Source: Vicugna vicugna (taxonomy: Eukaryota). From it: a stretch of DNA of 64,000 bases. A program made the translations under genes and the position numbers. Under the pieces are notes generated by a model. The model saw nothing but the letters and a program-made list of their open reading frames with translations. It was not told where the DNA came from and did not search any database. Location of the stretch: NCBI GenBank assembly GCA_013265495.1, contig MU058844.1, positions 2,831,520-2,895,519 on the forward strand, in the 5' to 3' direction. Below, piece after piece: positions 25,915-38,345 of this stretch; the stretch's first letter is position 1, and every line of letters starts with the position of its first letter.

Positions 25915-27044
25915 TTATGGAGGAAAAACAGATGTGGAGCATGAGGAGGGCTGTGTCCCAGGCTTCGGTTGAGACCCCGGGACGTGCCCCGCCTAATGTG
26001 GGTCTTTGGCTTCACTCAGGAAAGAATTCAAGAGCGAGCCACAGTTGAGTAAAGGTAGATCTATTTAGAGAGATACATCAAAAGGCAAGAGAAAGGCCAC
26101 GAGGTGTGGGGTTTGGGTGCTCAGATTAGAGTAAAAATAGGTACACACTGTGAACGAAAATACTGCAATGTGAGTGAAAATACTGCAAACATATCAGTAA
26201 ACAAAGAATGCTGAAACCAAGTCATCAGAGGCCACCGCCACCCCCCAGTGGGGACAGGCCTACAGCTTAGCCTCTGCAGCCACTCACAATGGTGCCCTCT
26301 GAGCGGACTCAGAATAAGAAAGGACAGGATACTGGCCCTAGATAGCTAGGTGCTTGTCAAAGGAATGAATTCAATGAGCCCAAATGTTTGCTTCCTCCCA
26401 TACATAGAAAAGCGCTAAATTCTTGAACTTGAGATGCCTGGTTTTCTTTAGATAACAAGTAATCTTTTATTGTTCCAACTACCTGGTCTTTGTTGTAAAG
26501 CTCCTATATATCCTAGCTCCTCCCCTACCTCTTTGGAGCAGGCCCTCAGAGCGATCTGAGAGGCTGTCATCCCGGCTCGAGTCCTCTTTCCAAATAAAAC
26601 ATAGCTTTTAACTTTAAGGCTGTGCGATTATTTCAGTCGACAACACTCCATAGACAAAGTGTGGGCCGTCTCTGAAGAAGGGAGAGAGAGAGGCCGTGAG
26701 GGGCAGTGTTGCCCATTCTTATGGGCTTTGGTAGCTTCATATGCAAATAAGTGGAAGGACCAGTCTAACTAGCCTGGGGAAGGGGCTGGGATTCCCAGGA
26801 AGCTGGCCATTTCCCACTCTGACTTTTTGTGGCTAGCATTGAGACTGTCATGGAGCCTGTAGGCATGTTATTCACCATGCTAATATATTACAATAAGCAT
26901 ACAATGAAGTTCAAGTTCTACTAGAAGTTAAATCTCCCACTATCCTGAGCCTCAAGGCCTACTGGGGGTTGAAACATTCACCATTTTGATGTTAATTGCT
27001 GTAGCATTCCTTGAATGGCTGTGTCCTGCCCCCTTCCTGTCTCA
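25915..27044 (-). mobile_element. ERV1-class solo LTR, MER41/LTR8-like (interrupted by another LTR)
   Basis: Flanked by GCAG at 25911-25914 and 27045-27048; the minus strand starts TGAGACAGGAAG; AGGAAAGAATTCAAGAGCGAG resembles the MER41 group. Confidence 0.7.
26149..26642 (+). mobile_element. Young ERV1-class solo LTR (494 bp)
   Basis: TGT...ACA termini, 4-bp TSD ACAC (26145-26148 and 26643-26646), TATATA at about 26505 and AATAAA at 26593. Confidence 0.88.
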
Positions 27045-27128
27045 GCAGGATTTCAGTCCTGAGCCTATGTTAGGTAAAAACTATGGCTTCTGTCTTGGGT
27101 GCTCTCTCAAATTTTCTCACATGCTTGC

Positions 27129-27580
27129 TGTTACAGATCACATTGTTTTTTCCTGCAAAAAACCTGAAATCCTAATCCTCAGTATCTAAAAATGTGGCTT
27201 CTTTTGGAACGAAGGTCATTGCAGATATAATTAGTTAAGATGAGGTCATGCTGGAGTAAACTGAACCCCTAGTCTAATATGACTGGTGTCCTTATAAAAA
27301 GATGGTCATGTGAAAGCAGAGACATAGGGAGAACACCATGTGGTGGTGAAGGCAGAGACTGGCATTGTGCAGCTGCCAGCCAAGGAGCACCAGAGATTGC
27401 CAGCAAGCCACCAGAAGCCAGGAGGAAGGAAGGAAGAAGTCCTCTGTAGGTTTTAGAGAAAGCATGGAGCTGCCAACACCTTGATCTTGGACTTCTAGCC
27501 TTCAGAACTGTGAGAGAATAACTTTCTGCTATTTTAAGTCACCCAGTGTTTTGTTATAGCAGCCCTGGAAGACAAATATG
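27129..27580 (+). mobile_element. MaLR LTR (MLT1B/C-like), near full length
   Basis: TTGCAGATATAATTAGTTAAGATGAGGTCAT...GACTGGTGTCCTTATAAAAAG...GACTTCTAGCCTTCAGAACTGTGAGAGAATAA; CTTGC on both flanks (5-bp TSD). Confidence 0.88.
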
Positions 27581-28849
27581 CTTGCCCCGATTTCTGACCC
27601 TCCGACACAGAGATGATAAAGGGTTGCTGTTTTAAGCTGCTGAGTTTTAGGGTCGTTTGTTATGGAGCAACAGATAACTGTACACATGTTGTTTTAGACT
27701 ATATAAATATGTGACAATTCTAAGAAGGTCAGACTTAGGAATAGGTGGGACCTGGGCAGTTCTGAGAGATGATGCAGCAGGAAACACATAAAATTCCTCA
27801 TAGCAAGAATCATCTAACCTGTACATTGCCACCGAGATGAGTACATATCAAACATTTTTTGTGTCCCTGCGTCACTTGCCCTGAATTCATAATCCTGGAG
27901 AAAGAAAGCTTCCAGTGGGCAAGGTTAAAAATCATTTCCCCACCATGGCCTGTCTCAAGGGATTAGAGAAAAAATCTTGGCCTTCATATTTCCAAGGGGA
28001 CGGAATAGGTTGTGTCTGGAGTTACCATCATATAAAAGCTATCAAAATTGGAGTTGGAATAGTTACCCGCAAAGAAACTGAGGCATATTGGGATGGGGCA
28101 AAGATTTCAGGGACCCTCGATCCAACACACGAATGTCCTCTAAAAGAAGTGTTTGAAGAAATAACAGAAATGGTTTGGTATCATGATAAGTAGAAAAATC
28201 AAAACTGTCAGAATAAAACAATGAAATAGTTCTCAGCAAACTGACAACCCACATTAGATGGGCCCTCTGAATTCTTGCTCAAATTCCTTTCACTGGAATT
28301 CTAGGTGTGGCATACATCAATTCAAGTCTGAAGGGACAGGAGTGGCAAAAGCAAAGCTTAACTCAAACCACTCTATGCACTTTTTTTTAAGTCTTCAAAT
28401 ATTTTTATTTGGCCACTAGAAAATTTTGTTGAACCCAATTTTTATCATACACATGCACACATACAGACACACAGGCAGAACTGATTGCACACACAGCATT
28501 GAACAGAAGGGTAATCAAACTGGCAATACACACTACTCCCATCTTAAGAAACAACATACTCAAACACAGTATAAATCATTTGTTTTCATTCTGTTTTGCA
28601 GAGAGAAAATAGTACATATCACGATTGTGCTCACCCAATTACAGGAGAGTGAACTGTTTCCTGTCTTAGATAAGAACCACTTTAAAGTTGTTTTTTTTCC
28701 CCCAATTTGGTTGTCTGTGCGTGCGTGTGCTTGTGCATGTATGCTTTTTGTAAGAATTAAAGAGTTAAGCAATTAAGCAGTTAAATATATAATAGAGGGG
28801 AAAGAAGGAGAGCATGGTTAAGCCATTCTCATAAAGCTTATTACTGGTT

Positions 28850-29300
28850 ACTTTTCTCAAATTAATATACCACAAGCCACATGCTTACTTATAAATTCCT
28901 GACTTATAACAGAAGACGGCATTCTAATGAAGTTCCACGCACCCCATGTTGGTATGTTCCGCAGACAGCTGCTGCCTTGCAATTCCATAACTGCCTGATG
29001 CTAACATCCTAAACCAGTCTTAAAGGCTTCTTTGCTTGCCTGTCAGCTGCCCAGCTCAGGGAAGGGGCCACATCGAGCACCCTGGCAGCACAAGCGGATT
29101 TGTCAGCTCCGCGAATGCCGCATTCTGGCGTTCTCTGCCGCGCTCCGTGCACACACATTATTCTTTCTGAGTGCATTACTCTGGGTCTTCGATCCCTTGA
29201 AGGCTGCATGTTTCCATTCATTACCAGACGAAGTACTTAGGGAATGAACACACTTTTCTGGAATTGCAGACATCTAGCAGAATTAACACACCCAGAGAAC
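28850..29300. promoter_or_regulatory. Candidate enhancer (non-repeat, locally CpG-enriched)
   Basis: About 11 CpGs in 29070-29230 against a CpG-poor background; CAGCTG E-boxes, CTGTCA (MEIS) and CATTC/GAATG (TEAD-like) motifs. Confidence 0.45.
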
Positions 29301-30269
29301 TGCTTATTGTAGTGATGGGAGACAAAAATCTGAAACCTGAGTATTTAACCGGAGGGGTGTTAGTCCCGATCCTTTATTCATTGGGCTTCTCATCTTTAAT
29401 CTGTATTACAAAAATATAAATGTTTAAAAATAGTAAAATATTCACTGCCTTCTATATTTACGGAGTTTGTCATCTGCAAGATGTTTCAAGAAGGAATCCA
29501 AAACAGAGAATGCATGGGGAAATATGTTCAAGGAGCATACTTCAGGGGCAGAAATGTTACTTAAATCTTTTAAACTTCTAGAAATTGGATAATAACTGCT
29601 CAGCTTAGCTGAACAAAGACATTATTGTTCAGTATTTTTGAAGAAGACAGCGTAATACCCACTGTTTTGTTCTTGTCTCAAATATAGCAGTCTTTAACAG
29701 TAACATACCCCTGAACAAACAAACCAAAAGGTATTTCTTTCATGTTCTCCCAAACCTGTTGGTCCTATTAACTCACTAACTTAGTTATGAAATGAGCGTC
29801 CCTTCAGTCATCCAAAGAGGAAGCTTCAAATCTAGAAAGTCAGCAAGAAACAGTTATCTTCTATCTCCCTGTCACAGTGGTCATCAGGTTTTGTCAATTC
29901 TACCCACTTTGGGTGCTTCCCTCTTTCTCCGTCTGCCACTGTCGGGGCTTTAATTCAGGCACTTCTCGTGCTTTCTGGATTGTAATAATACCTCCATCCC
30001 CAAAATGATCACCTTGCCTCCAATCTTTGCGCTATACAACATTTCATCCTCTATGCTGCTTTCAGTTACTTCTTCTAGACACAGAAGCTGACCTGTCCTA
30101 GCTTAAACTCCTTACCACAGCATTCACACTGCTTCATTCTTCAGCCCCAGGCTGCCCACCCAGGAGCGGATCCTGCTTTTCTACCTACCAAATGCACTTC
30201 ACCAGGGCTGCTCTGTTCACCCTTTCCTGAAGGTACTGCATGTTCTGAAGTCTCTCCTTCTGCTTTGTG

Positions 30270-30905
30270 TAAAGAAAGAGAAATTTGAACAAGGAAAGTT
30301 TAACATAAAGAATTATTAACTATAACGGGGATTTCAGTGACAGAGGATTGGCTAGAAAGAAGGCAAGTGAATTTAAAATAACATAGGAATAGTAGCTGTA
30401 AAAAGAGTCATCCCCTTCAGGACTGAGACAGAGCAGACAAGCAGCACCACCTCCTCCCACGGCTGAGATCTAGACCTTGTTGGAGAAGGCATGGCTGTGG
30501 TTCATTGAAGGCAGAGAGGTCACTGGAGTGCAATGCTGGAGGAATTCGGTGGAAATTCACTCTCTGGAACTTACCAAGGAAACTATTCATCAGAGGCACT
30601 TTGCTTTGAAATGACCCATAGGGGCGGCTGGGGCAGCTGCTGGCTGCTGTGCACTGCAGAAAGAATCTAAAGGTTGGAAAGGCCACAAGAACACCTGTTC
30701 AGCAAGCACCCTGGAATGAGGAAACCAGACCCCTTTTCTCTTGCAATGAATGGTTCCAATTTCTCCCCAGCACCTACTACTGATAAATCTTAGCATCCTA
30801 AACCTTAGCAAAAAAAAAAAAAAAAAAATTTAAAGAGCCCATCTCCATTGTTGTAGGCAATAAAGGAAAGGTGAGTTTGGATCCACGAGGCATAACTTTA
30901 TAACT
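30270..30905 (-). mobile_element. Ancient LTR (MaLR/ERVL-type), between L2-like flanks
   Basis: AAAGTTTAACATAAAGAATTATTAACTATAAC...ATAGGAATAGTAGC...CTCCCCAGCACCTACTACTGATAAATCTTAGCATC; subfamily uncertain. Confidence 0.55.
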
Positions 30906-32539
30906 GGCACATGGCCATACCTTTTCCTCAGCATGGAAAGCCCTGTTTTATGGTCCAGTGGAAATGTTGCCTCCTCTCTAAAACCTTTTCCCCCATCACA
31001 TGCTGATCCCAAGCAAAGTTAAACAATTCTTTGGAATATTGTTCATTGCATTTAAAATCATCTTTCTGTATCACCATTTATTTCTATGACTCTTATACCA
31101 TTTATTTATTTCTGTGATAACTTCAAGTGTAGGAACCATGACATGCATCTTGGTATCACAGCCCCTATAATAAGACCTGAAATCAGAGCAAACACTCAAC
31201 TTCAGAGTATAAAAGAAAGTAGAGAAAGCAGAAATTTCCAGAAAGTTAAAATGGTTTTGATTGCTATCCATTATTTCTTTTGAGTTAGATGGGACCATAG
31301 ATCCCACATGCTTTTGGACCTGGAGAGATCAAGTAACTTATCAAGCATTATGTCAGTTGTCAGTGGCAAAGCAAAGACTACAACCCACTGTTGTGTATGA
31401 CTTTGATTTTAGTGCTTTCTCCACCCTTTCATACTAATTCCTGCTACAAAATATAATTGATATGTTATTTTGTATTTAAATTTTTATTTTTCCATATGTG
31501 ATCATTTAGTCACCAGATTTCTATCAGTAACTTATTCGTCTTCTCTGTATTCAAAAATGGGATCGATAAATAAGAAAACATGGAGATCATGTCTCCACAT
31601 ATGCTATGCTCTCTTCTACAGATTGGCTCATCACTTATTCCTCTGTTTGTAATTTCCTTCCCCACCTTTTCATCTATCTTCATTAAGGCTCTCTATAGTT
31701 GGAATGATAGAGATATATTAATTCTTAATTAAAGGAGATAAAGTAGGGCCTTGCAAAACATTGAAAACGGAATCTGGAAAATCATAAAGCAGAATAGCAG
31801 ATAGCAGCTCTTTCTCTCTCCCCTTCTCTTTCTCTCTCGTTTCCATTCCTTTCCTCTCAATCTCTGCCTCTTATGTATTCTTCACTCTTCTCTTTACACC
31901 TAAACCAGTCTTTCCTGCCTTTTTATGAACATGGCAAAATAGCAATATAGTCATCTTAAGCTCTGAGTTAGCAGGTCCAACACCTGCCACTAACTGCCAG
32001 GAAGCGTAAAGTCTCAACTACAAATCTCAGGGAGAGAGAAATTGGTTGACCATCTTGGGTCTGAATATCATTTGAAATCCAATCAACTGTGGCTGGTGGG
32101 CTGAAGCAGAGACCTAATTTGTTGTGTTTTCTCCTAATAAGTATCTCACCTAACAGAAAAAAGAGGAAGGCAATTTAACAGAAGGAGGCTATGATCTAAA
32201 TCAGGAACTTCGATGTTTACCACATTCTACTACTGAAATCTTATATAGCTTTCAGACCCAGTTTAAATGCACCCCATTGGCCAGTCTTGCTCAGATCAAT
32301 GAACCAATACTCTTCCTGGATGTTGTGCCTCCATCATACAACTCACTTCATTCTGCCAATTACTATACACTTTTGCTTACGTATCTATTTTTTTCAACCA
32401 TGTGGTTCATCTTTCTGTCCCCTATATCACTTAGACCAACAGTGGCATAGTGTATATGGTACACTAAAAGGCTTGAAGAAAACCATCTTTCTTTCTTTGA
32501 CTTAATTTGTTGGGTCTCTGAACATGTATTATGCACTCA

Positions 32540-33115
32540 TTTTTTTACTTCAACAGTTATTTATTGAGCACATAATATGTTGTAGGCACTGTAGTAGACA
32601 CAATATGCATAGCGATGAACGAAACATACTGCCCATATGAATCTTTCTATTGTAGAATTAAGTCATCAAGGAAGTAAATATACAATTATAGACTGTGATT
32701 AGTGCTATCAAGAAAATATAGGATATCATATCGGTATAAAGAGGGGAACTAATTTAAACTGAATGGTCAGCGGATTCCTCCCTGAGTGAGTAATCTCATC
32801 AGAGATGTAAGGAGTGACCAGAAATTTGCCAGGTGAATAGTGGTGGTGGGAGGAAGGGGGATATTATGCCAGGAAAAGTACAATATGTGTGATGTCCCCA
32901 AGGTGAGAAGTACTTTTATGTGTCTCAAGAATGGCAGAAAGTCCGCATGACTACAAAGTAATCAGTAATCAGATGAAAAGAGCAGACTGGCTGGAGAGAT
33001 GTGCCAAAGTCACCTTATACAGGACAATGCTTGGTGTTTGATCCTAAAAGAAATGGAAGTGTGCTGCTGGAGGGCTTTGAACAGGGCAGGATCATGATTC
33101 AAATTTGAACTCTTA
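32540..33115 (-). mobile_element. L2 3' region
   Basis: TTCAACAGTTATTTATTGAGCACATAATATGTTGTAGGCACTGT...TTAGTGCTATCAAGAAAA...GGAGGGCTTTGAACAGGG. Confidence 0.8.
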
Positions 33116-33127
33116 AAAGTGAGTCCT

Positions 33128-33820
33128 TAAAAAACTAAAATAAACTTACCACGTGATCCAGCAATCCCACTCCTGGGCATATATCTGGAGGAAACGCCAA
33201 TTCAAAGAGATACATGCACCCCATTGTTCATAGCAACACTATATACAGTAGCCAAGACATGGAAACAACCTAAATGTCCATTGACAGATGATTGGGTAAA
33301 GAAGCTGTGGTATATTTACACAATGGAATGCTACTCAGCCATAAAAAGAATGAAATAATGCCATTTGCAGCAATATGGATAGACCTGGAGATCATCATAT
33401 TAAGTGAAGTAAGCCAGAAAGAGAAATGAAAATACCATACAATATCACTTGTATGTGGAATCTTAAAAAAAAAAAAAAAGACAAATGAACTTATTTACAA
33501 AACAGAAACAGACTCACAGACATAGAAAACAAACTTCTGGTTACTGGCGTCAGGGGGTGGGGGTGGGGAGGGAAGGGGATTGTGCAGGGATAAATTGGAA
33601 GTTCGGATTTGCAAATACTAACTAATACATATAAAACAGATAAATAACAAATTTCTATTATATAGCACAGGGAACTATATTTAATATCTTGTAGTAATCT
33701 ATAATGAAAAAGAACATGAAAAGGAATATATGTATGTATATGGATGATGGAAACATGCTGTACACCAGAAATTGACACAACATTGTAAACTGGCTATACT
33801 TCAGTAAAAAATAAATAAAA
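33128..33820 (+). mobile_element. Young camelid-type L1 3' end
   Basis: GATCCAGCAATCCCACTCCTGGGCATATATCTGGAG...AGAAATTGACACAACATTGTAAACTGGCTATACTTCAG plus an A tail. Confidence 0.92.
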
Positions 33821-34234
33821 TTTAGCTGCTTTAATAAAAAAGGAGCATTGTAAATTAAGATTGGAAAATGGATTAGAAAGAGGAGACATTGCAAAAATGG
33901 AAACAAAATGTAAAAAGTTCTGTGAGAGAGGCAGCACATATATTTAAACTCTCTGAAGAGATCTTCCTCTACTTACGCTGCTAATTTCTCTTTCTGCCCT
34001 CACCTTTGGGACGATTACTCTCAATGGCTTGCTTTCTGCTCCCCTGTGGCTGAGCCGTGGATTCCTCTTCTTGGCAATATTGTCTCTGTCTTCTATCTTC
34101 TCCTAAGCCAATCCCCTGTCCTCTTAAATGACAACTCCTGTGTTTCTTTCTTGGTTTTGGAATTTCAGTCAACCTCAGTTTAGTCAAAACTTTTTAAATT
34201 TACTTTTATGCATTGTGACAGATCCAAGGTATGA

Positions 34235-34396
34235 CTGGTCACTGGAATCATTTAGGAAACTTTTTCAAAATATAGATTTCTTCACTCTCCTTCCAGAAAT
34301 TCCCAATCAACAGGCATATGGTAATCTTAGACATTAATATTTTTGAATAGTTCCCCTGAACAAAACTGATGATCATCCATGTTTGAGAACCTTTGT
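34235..34396. mobile_element. hAT-Charlie MITE (MER5-like)
   Basis: CTGGAATCATTTAGGAAACTTTTTCAAAATATAGATT...CTGATGATCATCCATGTTTGAGAACC. Confidence 0.65.
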
Positions 34397-35141
34397 TATT
34401 AGACTGTTATCAAATTCATATCATAAAAACTTGGTTCTAAAAATTGTCTGCCATCTCTTAGGTAAGAGACACATTGGAAATTCAGTTGCAGAAATCACAA
34501 TCCAATCATTTGCCAATGATTTATCGAAGGCTGGCAACATCCTTTTCCTCACTGACAGTAACTCACTGAAAGAGAATTATACCTCAGAGCTAAAATTACA
34601 TGGTGGGTTTTTCTAGATCCTGCAGCCACATTTTATTAACAATTTGATATTAGTTGCACATAATCCTAGTGGTAGCAATAAACATTTTGCTGCTATGTCA
34701 TATTAGGGAAAAATGCCTTTTTTATTATTCACTCACTTAAAAGGTTAAGATATCAGGTCATGTGAGAGAAATGAAAACTATAAGCTTATGTGATCTGCCT
34801 ACGAGCAAAAACCAAGAGCAAATTCAAAAACTCTGAGCTCCCAAATTTCCAGTCTTCTGTTTCTCGCCCAGAGCCATACTACCTCCCACACTGCACATGT
34901 TGTAAACTTTATGTGGCCCATCTGTTAAGGAGTTTGTTTTCCATATCTGCAGGGGCTTGGCACTTCTGGACCAAGTATCAAATCTCAGTGTGACATAGAT
35001 TTTTACCTTTTTAATAGTTTTGAATTGCAAGGACACTGGTGTGAGAAAGGGCCCAGGAAACGGAGGCAATAAACCTTACACACAGAAGCAGTCCAGCAAG
35101 GGTTAAACATCATGACTTGGGCAAAAGTATGTTTAATACCA

Positions 35142-35215
35142 CGATGGTGACAGCAATAGTGATGCTAAGGGTGCATTGCGATGGTGACAGCAATAGTGAT
35201 GCTAAGGGTGCATTG
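35142..35215. repeat. Perfect 2 x 37-bp tandem duplication
   Basis: CGATGGTGACAGCAATAGTGATGCTAAGGGTGCATTG at 35142-35178 and 35179-35215. Confidence 0.97.
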
Positions 35216-36329
35216 AGTTTCCAGGTTCAGTTGTGGGCTGAATGTGGGCACCATTTGGCATTTGAAACTAGGCAGATTCAGACCATGATGTTTTCTCACA
35301 GTTAATGCAGAGACCATAGATAATAATTATGTTGCTGAGCCTACAGAGAATCTTTACGACTGATCCTCTATTAAACTGGCAAAACAAGAGGATAATGTCT
35401 CCAGCACTAACAAGTTGGCAGGGAAGTAGTTGGCAGCTCCTTCCACTGATGTTCCATCTGTGCGAACCTTCAGTATGATCCAGGAGATTGTTTCCCCACA
35501 CAGGTTGTGCCTGCAGTATCATCAAGAGAGAGTGAGACCGAGCAAAGATATCTTTATTGTTTTTGCAAGTCACTGCCATTGGAGGGGGAGCAGAGCATGG
35601 GACTGAACACCAATGCTCTATGTCATGCTCGAGAGAAGTATCTACTTGGGGGATGTCGACAGGAAAATAACCACTTCTAAGTGCTGACTTGTCCCAGTGA
35701 CATAAAAGTCACAGAACAAGAAGAACAGTTTCTAACCAGGATTCATTTTAGAAAAGCCTTTTGTTTCTTTTCATGGAAGCTTAGAAAACTGCTTTTGTTT
35801 AAAAATATCTTTTCTTTTGATTGCTAACACAGTCCACGGTACTTTCCCAGCCTTGACTCTCCTCCAGCATCCTGGGTCGGTTGGCTCAGATTTTGCTCTA
35901 AAAAGCACAGAGAGGAAGGAAGAAAGGCTTGTGAATGCAAAAAGAGTGCAGAAAACCAGCTGAGGCAAATGCTAACTCCCATCTCGGAAGTGATGTCTGT
36001 CATTGCACACTTCCGATGCCACCCAGGAAATCTTCCCTGGATGTCCCAGGCAACAGTAACATCTGCCTCCTCTGAGCTCACTTGATACATAACTCATACA
36101 GCGCTATTTTAGAACTATGGTACTGCATGGCTTACTTTTCCCTTTATATGATCCACAGTGCCTAGAATAGGGCCTCATTTAACACACTTTGTATCACAAC
36201 TAAATAAATGGATTGTAAGCCATCTTCATTGAAGGCCACAGACAGGGAAACATCATCAGGTTCCTCATCAAGGAGGCATGTCACCAGTGCCTCCCCTCAT
36301 CTTCAGTGGTGGACACTGTGGAATAGCAA

Positions 36330-36582
36330 CTAATAATAGCAAGTACTTTGATGCTTTTGTGTGCTGGGCTGGTTCTAAGCCCTTTCTATGTTTAACCTGT
36401 TTAATTCTCACAACAGGAAGTAGCTATTGTTATTATTTCCATTTTACAGTTAAGAAAACTTAAGGCCCAAAAGAGCTGAACTTCTTTAGGTTCTCACAAC
36501 TAATAAGTGGGAAGGTTGGGATGCGAACTTGAGTGCTCTGTCTTTAAAGCTCAAGTTCTGAAACAGTACACATACTGCCTCT
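36330..36582 (-). mobile_element. Near full-length MIR
   Basis: AATAATAGC...TTTAATTCTCACAAC...CCATTTTACAGTTAAGAAAACTTAAGGC...ACATACTGCCTCT. Confidence 0.85.
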
Positions 36583-37864
36583 GGATGAGCATAATAAATG
36601 TCTACAAGGAACATGAATTCTATCACACCACTTTTGCATCTCTAAGACCTTGTGTATGACAGAAATTGAGAGGAGGCAAAGGTTTTACTTACCTGCTTTC
36701 TCATGTGTTCTTCTTCATGGAATTTGCTTTGAATAGATATTAGGAGTTTGAAGAAGTCCAGGAAATTACTTCGTTCCATCTTCTCTTCATTAATTCATAT
36801 CCATCCTCCCACCCAACATTTGTTCACCCACCTCTTACTCTCCCCAACAAGGCAGAGGCAAAGAAATATAAAACATTAATGCTACCAGAGACATTAGCAA
36901 AGATCTAGGCAATTCTTCCCTGTCTGGAGGGTTCCAATCATTATCTGATTCATCTAACAACTCCCACTCATCCAAACCTGGTGTCAGTGGAGTGTTTCCT
37001 TACCTGTAGGTAGCTTAGGTACCTCCCACAGTTCTTTGTTCATAACTACATCATAGTGATTATCTTTTCAGAAGACTTATTTATTTGCACTTAAATCTCC
37101 CCTCCTAAACTAAAAGTTCCTTGAGAATAAAGACTGTGTTTATTTATTTAATATTCCTAGCTCTGTGCATTATAGTAGACACTTAAAAATGGGGTGTTCT
37201 GAATGAATTAATGAATCCAACACAAAGCCTTTATTTACAGAGGAGGAAATTGCAGTGGAGGTGGAAATGTAAAGTGACTTCTCATGATCATGTAACTGCT
37301 CAGTGGAAAAGCTGACCTCAAGTTGGTTGCACTTTTCATTATGAATGCCAGCTTGTTCTCCCCAGCCTAAATCAACCTGACCTCTCTACTACCTGAAAAC
37401 AACAGCCCAGCACTAATAGCTGTCTCCTTTGAATCTTATAATGCTTTAATCTATATCACTCACTTAGCTCTTCTGTTATTGCCCTGTCTTTTAACCTAAA
37501 TGTACATGTATGTATTTCACTTCTCTGCCTAGATTATAATTATTTTAAATTTAGGAATGTGCGTAATTTTTTTTTCTTTTCACAATGCTTTGACTGTTTG
37601 TGTTTGAGCTTGGAAAAATTAGTAATCGACCATCTTGTCCACTCTCACCACTTCTATCATCACTGCTAACTCCAGCCCCAGGTGCCAGACAGCTTCCAAC
37701 TGTCTACATAGTCCTGTATCTCTGTGTCTCCCGTAGAATCTTCAAAACATGCCTCTGGACCACTAGCAACTGTAACAAAACAAAAATCAGACCATTGGGT
37801 TAAGTGGACTTACTGTTTTCCCTTGGAAGATCTCTGTGGAATGGCAGGGGATAATTATCTTGGA

Positions 37865-38345
37865 TAAAGATCTTTTTTGTTGTGCAAGTTACAGATACTC
37901 TTCAGAATATCTTGAGTGAGGGCGTCTGGAAGTGCAGGAAGCTCTCAGGGCCTGGAGGAGGCAGATCAAAAAGCTATCATAAAGCAAAGCAGTTATTTTG
38001 CCAGTTTCCCATCCTTATTCTCTCTCCCTCCCTCCTTCATTCTCAATCTATCTCTATCTCTGTCCCCCTCTCTATCCCAAGGAACACATGTTCTTTCTTC
38101 TGTGTGGCTGGTTTATCACTTTCTCTCCCCAGATCTGTTGTCTTTGTTTGTCTACATATATACAAGACAGTTGTTGCCCTATACCTCCCCCGTACACTCA
38201 TTCAAGTAACAGGCATGTCTGAATCCCAGTTCCAAGATCCTGAAAGAGCCAGTATGATTGCACCAACTTGAGTCAGGTTCCCCCACCCCTCACCCCAGTC
38301 AGTTCAGCTGTGACCCAGGAGTCATGGTCATGTGGAATAGACATG
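37865..38345 (-). mobile_element. Old MaLR LTR (MLT1J/K-like)
   Basis: TTTTTTGTTGTGCAAGTTACAGATACTC...GATTGCACCAACTTGAGTCAGGTTCCCC...CAGCTGTGACCCAGG. Confidence 0.55.

Larger units (their letters stand above)
25782..27683 (+). mobile_element. Host MaLR LTR (MLT1F-like) broken into three pieces: about 25782-25914, 27045-27128 and 27586-27683
   Basis: 5' part CCTCCTGGTGTCACGCCCCTGTAATCTCCTCCCCTGAG...GAATAGAATGCAGC; 3' end TGTTTTAAGCTGCTGAGTTTTAGGGTCGTTTGTTATGGAGCAACAGATAACTGTACA. Confidence 0.75.

Noticed and set aside
9160..33939. ORFs at 9160, 17205, 22611 and 33658 sharing a KYSxFTMxCxFLxYS motif, resembling a small gene family
   Set aside because: All are antisense translations of the same young L1 3' UTR.
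35142..35215. CRISPR-like 37-bp repeats
   Set aside because: Only two directly abutting copies with no spacer or cas genes, in eukaryotic DNA.
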